Assembly: GCA_963796055.1 (NCBI GenBank)
Contig: CAWCKH010000003.1
Span: 608,001 to 672,000, forward strand
Origin: an uncultured delta proteobacterium
GTDB taxonomy: Bacteria > Myxococcota > Myxococcia > Myxococcales > Myxococcaceae
DNA: 64,000 bases
Direction of reading: 5' to 3'
Shown: positions 47,001-54,279 of the stretch, one piece after another
Layout of the letters: each line of letters starts with the position of its first letter
How positions within the stretch are numbered: position 1 is the first letter of the stretch
The notes under the pieces: model-generated
What the model saw: only the letters and a program-made list of their open reading frames with translations
Databases searched by the model: none
Told to the model about the DNA's origin: nothing
Translations under genes and position numbers: made by a program

Positions 47001-50000
47001 CGCACCAGGCTCTCCATCGCCTCGACCTCGGAGGGCACCACCTCCAGCACCCGGCGCCAGGCGTCGATCGCCTCGGCGCGATGCCCCAGCTTCTCCTGGG
47101 CCCTGCCCAGCGCGCGGAGGATGGCCACCTGCGCGGTGTCCTCCGAGGCGCGGGGGAGGATCTCCTCCAGGAGCGAGGCCAGCTCCTCGCCGCCGTGGGT
47201 GGCCCGCTCGGAGAGGGTGACCGTCAGGGTCAGCGAGGCCTCCTCGTCGGGCAGCTCGCGCAGCGCCCGGCTGGCCGAGACGAAGGCCAGGTCGGCGTTC
47301 TGCATCGGTCCGGCGTAGAGCTTGGCGACCTTGCGCAGCAGCGCGGCGCGCTCCTCGGCCACCGGCTCGGTCGAGGCACGGGACTCGAGCATCTGCACCA
47401 GCCGCAGGTGGTCGCCGCCGGAGGTGAAGATGGGCTCCAGGGCTTCGGCGGCCTCGCCGCGGAGCGGGCTGTCCGAGCGGGCCATCTCCTCCAGCGCCCC
47501 GATGGCCCCGGCGTGACCCTGCTTCCTCCGGAGCACGTCCTCGAAGATGTCCAGGCCGCCCCGCGGGTCCCGGAGCCGCGCCAGGCGTAGCCGTCCGAGG
47601 CGGACCATGAGGTCGTACATCTCCTCGTGGCGACCACTGGAGTCGGCGAGCTGGATCTCCCGCACGATGAGCGAGGCCAGCTCGGGCCAGCGCTCGCTCT
47701 CGGTGAGCACCTTGCCCAGGAACTTGATCGCGTCCTCGTCGTCCGACTTGCGGGCGAGGACCTCTCCGTAGCACTGGGCCGCCAGCTGCTTGTCGGACAA
47801 GGTCTCCTCGGCCAGCGTGCCCAGCCGGAAGAGCAGATCGATCTGCTTCGGCGGCGACGGTTCGGCCATCACCATCCGCTTCATCACCGAGGCCAGCTCG
47901 CGCGCTTCGCCGGACCGAGTGTGGATTCGGGCCAGCGCCTCGAGCACCGACATGTTCCTCGGCTCGCGCCGGGCCAGCTCCTCGTAGGCGCGGATGGCCA
48001 GATCCACCCGGTCGAGCCGCTCGGACCAGAGCACCGCCAGCCGCCGCCAGAGCTCGGTGGAGGTGGCGTTGGTGACGCCGCGCTCCAGCTGGTCCTGGTA
48101 AGCCGCGGCCAGCTCCTCGAAGGAGCCGGTCTCGGCGGCGAGCCGCTCCAGCTGCTCGCGGGCCTCCGGGCTCTCGGGCATCTCGCCGAAGGCGCGCACC
48201 CGGGCGGCGAAGGCCAGGTCCTTCTGTCCCAGCGTCTCGCGGAGATTGGAGATCTCCTCCAGCAGCGGGAGCCGGTCCTGGGGCGAGGCCCCGGCGAGGC
48301 GGATCTCCAGGACCTCCACCAGGTGGCGGACGTCGTTCAGGCTCCGGTAGACGGGCTCCAGCAGGCGGGCGGCGTCGGGACGGACCTCGGGGAGCTCCAT
48401 CAGACGCTCCAGCCCGGCGACGGCGCTGGAGTCGGTGGAGGCGACCGCGAGGAGCCGGGCATAGCCCTCGACCGCGGCGGGGAGGGCCTTCTCCCGCTCC
48501 AGGAGCTGGGCGCGCGACAACAGATAAGCCTTCTGCGCCTCGCCGGTGGTCCAGGCGGCGAGCTGGGCCAGGACATCCGCCTGCTCCTCGAAGCGCTTGC
48601 CGCGGGCGTAGAGGCGATCCAGTGCCTCCAGCCCGTCGGCTCCCCGGCGCAGCGCCAGGGCCTCCTTGTAGGCGTCGATGGCCCGGGCGTCGTCGGAAGC
48701 AGCCTCCAGCGCCTCACCGGCCTTGAGCAGCAGCGCCCTTCGCTCGTGGGGGTCGGAGGCGAGCTGGGCCTTGCGCAGGGTGACGTCCGAGAGCTGCTTG
48801 GCATTCTTGGTCTGCTCGAAGAGCTTCCCCAGCGCGTCGAGCGCCTGGCGGTCCTGCGGCGCCTCGACCAGCAGCGCCTGCCAGTCCTTGATCGACTCCT
48901 CGCTCTGGGCCAGGTGCTCGCGCAGCTCGGCGGCGCGGCGTAGCCAGGACACCTTGTCCGGGTCCGGCCCGCGGGTCTCGGCGGCCACCTTCTCGTAGAC
49001 GGCAGCCAGCTCCTCGTAGCTGCCGCTCACCCTGGCCAGGCGCTCGAGATCGGCCCTGGCTGCGGCGCGATCCACATTCTGGGCGAACGCCTGGCCCGCG
49101 GAGACGAAGGCCCGCTGCGGCTGGCCCATGTCCCTTTCCTGGATCGAGCGGACCTCCTGGGTCAGGCGGATCTTCTCGTCGCTGAGCGCGTCGCCCATCC
49201 GCGCTTCCCGGATGGCGACGCGGCGCGCGTGCTGCCCCGAGCGGGCGAGAATCGGGTCCAGCGTGTCGAGGGCGCTCCGGCTGTCCGGCTCGTGCGAGCG
49301 GGCCCACGCCTCGAGGAGGTCGAGGGTGGGGGTGTGCCCCGGGTCCTCGGAGAGCACCTGCCCCAGGAGCTGCAGCGCGCCGCCGAAGTCCTGGAGCTTC
49401 TCCCGCCGGAGCTGGGCGAGGCGGAAGGTGGCCTCACGCCCCTGCGGGCTCTGCCCCTCCTGAGCACGACGGAGCTCGAGCGCGAAGGCCAGGTTCTCGA
49501 ACTTCCCGAGCGCGGTGTACAGCCGGTCGAGCGCAGAGACGGCCTCGCGGTTCAGCGGGTCGGCCTCGGAGACCCGGCGCCAGGCAGCGGCGGCACCTTC
49601 GCGGTCCTCCAGCTTCCCTTCCCGCAGCAGCGCCATCTCGCGCCAGAGCGCTAGCCGCTCGGCAGGGTCCGGCACCACCGTGGCCAGGGTGTCCAGCACC
49701 GAGACCAGCCGACGCCAGTCGTCGGTGGCGCGGAGCAGCCGTTGCAGTGCCCGGAGCGCATCGACGTTGCCGGCCTCGATCACCAGCACCGACTCGAGCT
49801 GGGCGATGGCCCCCCGGCGATCGTCGAGCTTCTTCTCCTGCACGTCGGCCAGCTCGCGGTGGAGCGCAACCCGCGCCGGCGAGTCGAGGTCCACGCGGCC
49901 CACCAGCTCCTTGAGCACGTTGGCGAAGCCGTCCATCGCGTCGGCGTCCTCGGCGGCCCGGCGCGCAGCGGTGCGGAGGTTGGGGTCGGCAGGGGACAGG

Positions 50001-50314
50001 CGCAGGGCGCGGGAGAGCGCAGCGAAGGCCAGCTCGGGCTGACGCAGGTGGTGGAGGTGGACGTGCGCGGCCTGCTGCAGCGCGAGCACCCGCTCCAGCT
50101 GGTCCTGGGTCATCTCGGCGACGAGGTCGAGCGCGGCGACGAGCTTGCGGTGCTCCTTCACCGCCTCGTAGGCGGGGATGAGGGCACGCGCGGCCTCGGC
50201 GCGCACCGAGTCGTCCTTCAGCAGCGCTTCCAGCGCCGCGAGCGCCTCGGCGTCATTCGGCTTCTTGTGCAGGACGGCGGAGTACGCCTTGACGGAATCG
50301 GCACCGGTCCCCAA
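41030..50314 (-). CDS. gltI: Giant TPR protein GltI/AgmK-like (3094 aa)
   Basis: Continuous TPR-like repeats; directly upstream of gltJ; TTG start with SD GGGAGG. Confidence 0.82.
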   Translation of the reverse strand: MGTGADSVKAYSAVLHKKPNDAEALAALEALLKDDSVRAEAARALIPAYEAVKEHRKLVAALDLVAEMTQDQLERVLALQQAAHVHLHHLRQPELAFAALSRALRLSPADPNLRTAARRAAEDADAMDGFANVLKELVGRVDLDSPARVALHRELADVQEKKLDDRRGAIAQLESVLVIEAGNVDALRALQRLLRATDDWRRLVSVLDTLATVVPDPAERLALWREMALLREGKLEDREGAAAAWRRVSEADPLNREAVSALDRLYTALGKFENLAFALELRRAQEGQSPQGREATFRLAQLRREKLQDFGGALQLLGQVLSEDPGHTPTLDLLEAWARSHEPDSRSALDTLDPILARSGQHARRVAIREARMGDALSDEKIRLTQEVRSIQERDMGQPQRAFVSAGQAFAQNVDRAAARADLERLARVSGSYEELAAVYEKVAAETRGPDPDKVSWLRRAAELREHLAQSEESIKDWQALLVEAPQDRQALDALGKLFEQTKNAKQLSDVTLRKAQLASDPHERRALLLKAGEALEAASDDARAIDAYKEALALRRGADGLEALDRLYARGKRFEEQADVLAQLAAWTTGEAQKAYLLSRAQLLEREKALPAAVEGYARLLAVASTDSSAVAGLERLMELPEVRPDAARLLEPVYRSLNDVRHLVEVLEIRLAGASPQDRLPLLEEISNLRETLGQKDLAFAARVRAFGEMPESPEAREQLERLAAETGSFEELAAAYQDQLERGVTNATSTELWRRLAVLWSERLDRVDLAIRAYEELARREPRNMSVLEALARIHTRSGEARELASVMKRMVMAEPSPPKQIDLLFRLGTLAEETLSDKQLAAQCYGEVLARKSDDEDAIKFLGKVLTESERWPELASLIVREIQLADSSGRHEEMYDLMVRLGRLRLARLRDPRGGLDIFEDVLRRKQGHAGAIGALEEMARSDSPLRGEAAEALEPIFTSGGDHLRLVQMLESRASTEPVAEERAALLRKVAKLYAGPMQNADLAFVSASRALRELPDEEASLTLTVTLSERATHGGEELASLLEEILPRASEDTAQVAILRALGRAQEKLGHRAEAIDAWRRVLEVVPSEVEAMESLVRLYQSAGRAPELLEIYRRQLSITEEPAVRAALLFQIAGLQDGALHDTVGAMATLRRLLELKPDDAQALEKLDALCEKQERWPELADVIGRRLALPGGDLDLDLRTRLAIVRETRLLDKYGALELYGQVLAAQPKHAGALAQLEAWAQREPQNKPLVDVLLGAYRTTAEQGKLAQLLELRVGASADPFERKQLLVELAGLSEAAHDPAGLFGALSRAFQEDPNDPTLRSRVGKAADAGRTHEALAQLYEEELPRIAETKDAAAVLLELGGLYEQHLSNPARAIEVLERARELDAATALPALTALARLYGQAGRSDRLVQSLDELETLTPDGNERVQILFRLGQVAQDELEDEPRAADAFERLLAIDRTHLPAARLLESIYERSGTPDRLFNVLRIQRDLTSGPERERILAKMVKVSAEGLADLEASIELYSELFKKNPRSDQAFGALEQALEKAGRWEDLRALMAGKIPQVAEPRELVRLNEKLGVVLYRQLGRAEEAIAPLRTALERDARNRNALETLRDIDEQLGRREELVAVLRRLIPLQESPEGVKGLRIRLAEVLGEMGRREEALDAARRSLEIEPHIVQDLEAVGKLFLGLRAFGDAVRTLELKAEVWQRLEEKEGVIAALFEIAELWIGQAGKAELAAPILERVLEFDPANRGAHERVLSLYSDAGDWRAYAQAVDRYLPNLVTDEDKIKALRELGRIREHKLGQKDGAFLALCRALQLAASDDSLREDVERLAQETGSYEELAAVYEQVADDLPRGPLAERLYLVLARVQDRNLDDPGEAEAALRKILEFDPTNSSALDAMAQMFGRRGRDRELIVSLEQKIEAAPSLEARKTLFREISRIQLERLKDPEEAANALIRALELEPDVETLGELARLYRDQHMWGDLAATLARTRDLLPSSEERARMQVEMAGVQEREIGDEEAAVEAYREALGLDPRNAEALSALERLYTRLDRPADMLTIYERQLELTEDYREKVKILFHSAAIWEDRYQNAANADACIEGVLALDPTNLQAIKALERLRRAQGRWEDLVGVLERHIQLAIDSQEQADIMVEAGEVLRSHLHQTDKAADAFQAALGVHPGHTPALHALGMVYERSGNWPFALEMLHQEAEALGRDPRAVEVLHRMGKINEDMLQDVSSAKACYSEALRIDPEYLPSLQALRGIAENEQDWESYEQILVAEAQATSEASAKSLAYLAVGRYHSERREDADSAMQWYEEAIKLDPEQAEAALPLSDLYLARERWEPAEKMLDVVIRNLKGRLASEQDEALERDLCRQVYRMGYVQEKLGRRDRALAAYEEAYQLDATYLPALEGYGNLLVQSGRHDLALKVFQTILIHHREDLTDLEIVELYWQIGEVHIALKQYDRAQNHFEKALAIDPGHEPSLRSLIQLADGAGRWDRSAEYRQALVNILDGDPKAEAALELGQIARDRLKDLHTAIDAYGQALRIRPQSLEVMDALYVLFRETRQPGKAAEILEVMLGQPELQADAQRAKRVWFALGESLRDELRDTGRAVEAFNAALDLDPLFIEAFSSIEAMLGAAKEWKQLEENYARMIQRLPKTDETESARMALWRTLGDLYLQVLKQPESALMAYKVAAAGLPDDATVQETYADLLLQSSGNEEPAVQALRRALAHTQNPKKIASQLAELAARRKDYDGAWLAAQVVAGLLGDPGPAEKEIIGKLGPYAKKRETPRATLNDRLWAQHLLHPKARTPFAELMGLLFQGAGQLSAVPLAQAQLIPKKHRIDVATAQEYQIHHYRAVARLLGLEAVELFSPFLVATRDKLAKRSMEPAPDPLLGVEIIHSQPVCLKVGGKFFGDPQAKDTHAQLGRMLALLRPELIFASRFAPERLAAVFQGAVLLAGFQMRWTAPAPAIEAERNALESVMTEPFRAALARLVPEVLRRNESDPVREYLEGAELTGVRCALFTAGDLEAVKKLVQGETGSSYRVAGKVKIRELMTFAVSEDLAALRLAVGTNVEVPTRK

Positions 50315-50480
50315 AACGCGCGGCCTCCCAGCCAGGTCTTTCTCGGACGGTTACCGGAGGGATGCCACAGGACCCCGCGCCCGCTCCGGCCCAGCCGCGG
50401 AAGCGTACCAAAATCGCAGGGTTCCGGGCCCTTCTGGAGAGGTGGGGCGGTGTGCGCCCGTGGTTCCGCGGGTGCGTGGC

Positions 50481-51161
50481 TCAGCGGCGATCGGCGAGCC
50501 CGGCCAGAACGCCGGCGACGACGCGGTCGCAGCGGGGCGCCTCGAACGGGTACAGCTCGGTGAGCGTCGCCCCGGTTCGCTCCTCGAGGGTGGCGCGGAG
50601 CACTGCCTTGGCACGGGAGAGGCGCTGCTTGACGTTGTCGGTGGTGAGGTCGAGCGCCTCGGCGACCTCGGACGTCGAGAGCTGCTGGACCTCCCGGAGG
50701 ACGAACACCGACCGGTGCGACTCCGGCAGACCGTCGACCAGCTGCTCGAGCAGGTGGTTCAGCTGGGCGCGGGCGAGGCGCTCCTCCGGAGTGGCGTCGG
50801 GTGCGTGCATGGAGGCCTCCCCGTCGATCGCCTCGGGGGCAGCCCGGGGCCAGCGCCGGTCCCGACGGAGCTGCTGGAGCGCCTCGTTGATGCCGATCCG
50901 GAGCAGCCAGGTGGAAAAGCGAGCGCCGCCGGCGAATTGCTGCAACCGGGTGAAGGCCAAGAGATAGGCCTGCTGCATCAGCTCCTCGACCTCGTCCTCG
51001 TCGCGGACCAGGGAGCGGATGGCGCGGTAGAGACGGGCATTGTTGCGCCGCATCAACAGCTCGAACCCGTGGAGGTCGCCCGCGAGAGCCTTTTCGACCA
51101 GCACCTCGTCGGAGGTGCCCGGGTCCAGGGTCGGGGGTGGGAGCGGTACGGTGGTGGACAT
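50481..51161 (-). CDS. ECF sigma factor with C-terminal Cys-containing extension
   Basis: Region 2 FSTWLLRIGINEAL, region 4 LSTSEVAEALDLTTDNVKQRLSRA, tail YPFEAPRCDRVV. Confidence 0.92.
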   Translation of the reverse strand: MSTTVPLPPPTLDPGTSDEVLVEKALAGDLHGFELLMRRNNARLYRAIRSLVRDEDEVEELMQQAYLLAFTRLQQFAGGARFSTWLLRIGINEALQQLRRDRRWPRAAPEAIDGEASMHAPDATPEERLARAQLNHLLEQLVDGLPESHRSVFVLREVQQLSTSEVAEALDLTTDNVKQRLSRAKAVLRATLEERTGATLTELYPFEAPRCDRVVAGVLAGLADRR

Positions 51162-51176
51162 CGCGTCGACCCAAGA

Positions 51177-51203
51177 GATGCACGGGACGTCACCGGGTGA
51201 CAA
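51177..51203 (-). promoter_or_regulatory. Candidate ECF promoter for the sigma gene itself
   Basis: TTGTCACC-N15-CATC, ending 15 nt before the ATG. Confidence 0.6.
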
Positions 51204-51230
51204 CGCACACCGGGTGAGGGCGGCCCCCGC

Positions 51231-51257
51231 TTGTCACCTCCGTCCCGCTCCACCATC
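51231..51257 (+). promoter_or_regulatory. Candidate ECF promoter for the divergent two-gene operon
   Basis: TTGTCACC-N15-CATC, same architecture as the minus-strand copy. Confidence 0.6.
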
Positions 51258-51303
51258 CATGTGCCGGCGGCAAACGTCCCGCCCCTGACAGGAGAGACAT
51301 GGC

Positions 51304-51651
51304 ATGACCATCGCTCTGGTGCTGTTCGCCCTCGCTGCGCTGGGCGGGATCTACATGGCGATGGTGCGCTTCAGGGGCGCCGAGCGACCTCCCACCGCCA
51401 TCGCGCTGGTGCACGGGGCCGCCGCCGCCGCCGGCCTGATCGCGTTGATCGTGGCGGTGATGAACGTGCCGAATCCGGGACCGCCGCGGACCGCCTTGGT
51501 GGTGTTCATCGTCGCGGCCCTGGGCGGCTTCTTCCTCTTCGCCCAGCACATGCAAAAGAAGGCCCTGCCGATCCCGGTGGTGGTGATCCACGCCCTCGTC
51601 GCGGTGACGGGGTTCGTGATCCTGCTGGTCGCGGCGATGCAGGCGGCATGA
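51304..51651 (+). CDS. Four-TM membrane protein with two intramembrane His
   Basis: Internal duplication (AALGG...P...VHG / AALGG...P...IHA); SD AGGAG. Confidence 0.75.
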   Translation: MTIALVLFALAALGGIYMAMVRFRGAERPPTAIALVHGAAAAAGLIALIVAVMNVPNPGPPRTALVVFIVAALGGFFLFAQHMQKKALPIPVVVIHALVAVTGFVILLVAAMQAA

Positions 51652-52097
51652 ACCGGGGGCTGCGCATTGGTGGACATCCCCTGCATGCGGCGCTGAGCGA
51701 CTTTCCGATGGTTCTGCTCCTCCTCTGGGTGGCAATGGACGGGATGGCGCTGGTGCTCGGCTCTCCAGTTCTCTGGATGCTCGGGCGCTGGGCGCTGATC
51801 GGCGGCACGGCGGCGGCAGTGCTCGCCGCGTCCGTCGGGTTCATGGACTACCTGGCGCTCGGAGAGTCGGTCCCCCGCGTGCTCCGGACGGCCACGGCGC
51901 ATCTGGCGGTGATGCTCTCGGTGACCTGCGTCGCGGCGGTGGATCTCGTCTATCGCGGTCCCGTGCTGCCGACGGGCGTGGGGCGGGTCCTCCACGTCGC
52001 GGCGCTGGTCCTCGTCGCCGGCGGGCTCGGGGCTGGCGGGTGGCTCGGGGGGCATCTGGTGTTCCACCACGGCGTGGGCGTCGAGGACCGGGGGTGA
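51648..52097 (+). CDS. DUF2231-like membrane protein
   Basis: GHPLHAALSDFP, GFMDY, ATAH, GGWLGGHLVFHHGVGV; ATGA overlap. Confidence 0.8.
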   Translation: MNRGLRIGGHPLHAALSDFPMVLLLLWVAMDGMALVLGSPVLWMLGRWALIGGTAAAVLAASVGFMDYLALGESVPRVLRTATAHLAVMLSVTCVAAVDLVYRGPVLPTGVGRVLHVAALVLVAGGLGAGGWLGGHLVFHHGVGVEDRG

Positions 52098-52441
52098 GTC
52101 CCCGAGCCGAGAGGGGCGTGCTCGTGACGGTTCACGTCGACCGCTCGACGACCACCGACGCACCGGCGAGGCCCACTTCCGGGTTGCCCATGGCGGAGTC
52201 GGGGGCTCTGGACGTCGCCGCACCGGGCGAGAGGGGCCTGACCTCGACCACGGGCCGTGGCAGGTTGTCGCGGTGCCGCCAAGGATCTCGTCTCGTGGAC
52301 TGGCGCAAACCCGCAAGGACTGGAAAGCCCGCTCGAGGGTCCGTTCCAGAACGTGACGTGGAACCTCACGTCCCGAAACAATCTGTGGACCGCCGAAGGG
52401 GGTCGGGCGTGCTCGGGTCATCTCGCACGTGGAAGCGTCCG

Positions 52442-52476
52442 TTCGGGGATGTCAAACGGCATTCAACATCCCCGAA
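52442..52476. other. Strong inverted repeat in a non-coding stretch
   Basis: TTCGGGGATGT-N13-ACATCCCCGAA. Confidence 0.55.
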
Positions 52477-52695
52477 ACGCATCTGACGTTCCCTGGGCGG
52501 AAGAACGCGGAGCACGGGGGGGCTCGCGCCCCCCCCACCCGACTGACAGATCGTTTCGGGATGCTATGTGCAACTCCACGTTCCGATCCGGACCCGCTGC
52601 GCATAGCCAGAGCACGCGGACCGCGCAGGCCGGTCGAGGAGAGTCCGCCCGCCCGGACCCTGGTGGGATCCGCGTTTCCTCAGGGCAGTCAGGCC

Positions 52696-54125
52696 TCAAC
52701 GGAGCACGAGCACACCCTCGACGAGCTCCCAGGTCGTCCGGGTGCACCGGGCCGCGAGCCCATCGTCGTGTGTCACGAGGATCAGCGCACCCGGGTACGC
52801 AGCCAGGGCCGCGCCGAGGCGCTCCACGGTCGGAAGATCCAGGTGGTTCGTCGGCTCGTCGAGCACCACCGCCCGCGGACGTCGGGCCAGCCCCTCGGCG
52901 AGCAACAGCTTCCGGACCTCTCCGGCCGACGGCGCCGCAGAGGCGAGGAGCCGATCCGGATCCGTCCCCAGAGCAGCGACCAGCGAGAGGGTCCGCCCCC
53001 GGGCATCGGCCGGGAGCGCGCGCACCCGGTCCAGGATCGACGCTCCATCGCTGGCATCCACCTCCTGGTCGTCTTTCCTGCCCCGTTCGGCCCGGCGAGC
53101 CGGATCCGGTCCTCGCGTCGGAGGACGACGTGCAGATCCCGAGCTAGACCGCGTCCGCCTGCGCCAAGCTCCGGCGCGTCCAGCGGGAGCACGATCGGAC
53201 GCGGGGAAAGGCTGTGACCGAGGAAGACCGAGCGACCCAGCTCCACGGCGACGGGCGCATCGGGCACGACCCCCGCGGCACGCTCCGCCGCCGTCCGCAG
53301 CCGCCGGACGTCCCTTCCGAGCCGCGCCTCGGTCCACGAGCGCAATGTCTGTGCACCCATGCTCCGGGCGTCTCGATCCTTCGGATCTCGCCCGCGACCG
53401 CTGAGCGCACGCTCGGCCGCCGCTCGGCTGGAGCGCGCCTCGGCCAGCGCCCGCCTGGCCTGGCGTTCCCGGGACCGTGCCGCCTCGCGGACGACGCTCG
53501 CCCGCACCTGCTCGGCGTCCCAGATCTCCCTCGCTTCCCCGTAGTGCCCGGGGATCAACGTGAGCTGCCCATGATGGAGCCGCGCCGTGCAGGTGGTGAG
53601 CGCCTCGAGGAGTGCCCGGTCGTGCGAGACCAGGAGGCCAGCGCCGCGGAAGCGCTCCAGCGCGACGAGCACCAGCGCGCGGCCGGCCGCGTCGAGATGG
53701 TTGGTCGGCTCGTCGAGCAGCAGCACCCGTGGCTCCCGGGCCAGCGCCGCGGCGACCTGCCATCGCCGTCGCTCGCCCGGTGAAAGGCTGCTCCACCGCT
53801 CGAGGTCCGCCGCCTCCAGCGCCAGCTCGCCCAGGAGCTGCCAGGCCGGACCATCGTCCCGCGCTGCCAGCGTGCGCCCGTCCTCGCCGGGGACCTCCAC
53901 GTCTTGCCGGCACAGGACGACCTCCGCTCCGTCAGGCTCGGTGCGGATCCGCCCCTGCCGTGGCCGGAGCTCGCCGGCGACGAGCCGGAGCAAGGTGGTC
54001 TTCCCTGCCCCGTTCTCACCGACCAGCCCGGTCCATCCCTGGGGGAACACCGCGCTCACCCCGTCCAGCAAGGGGAAGGCGTCATGGTGGGCGAACGTCA
54101 CCCGTTCGAGTCGAATGCTGGGCAC
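52696..54125 (-). pseudogene. ABC-F family ATPase disrupted by a frameshifting deletion
   Basis: NBD1 GENGAGKTT/LSPGE/LLLDEPTNHLD; NBD2 GPNGAGKTT is followed directly, in another frame, by QE...DEPTNHLD...VTHD; junction near 53068. Confidence 0.8.
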
Positions 54126-54279
54126 AGCGCGCTCCTGGATCGAGGACACCACCTGCCCCGGGCACGTTCGCGCTCGGCAGGGCGTGGGTTCGGACTCAGG
54201 AGCGCGTGATCATCGGACGCCGCGGGGACGGCGCGGGCAGCGCTTGCCAAGGCCGGGCCCGGACCTGAGCATCCGAGCG

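Noticed and set aside
41030..50314. Repetitive DNA appearance (possible tandem repeats or CRISPR)
   Set aside because: Explained by degenerate TPR-coding sequence; no identical repeats with spacers and no cas genes in the window.
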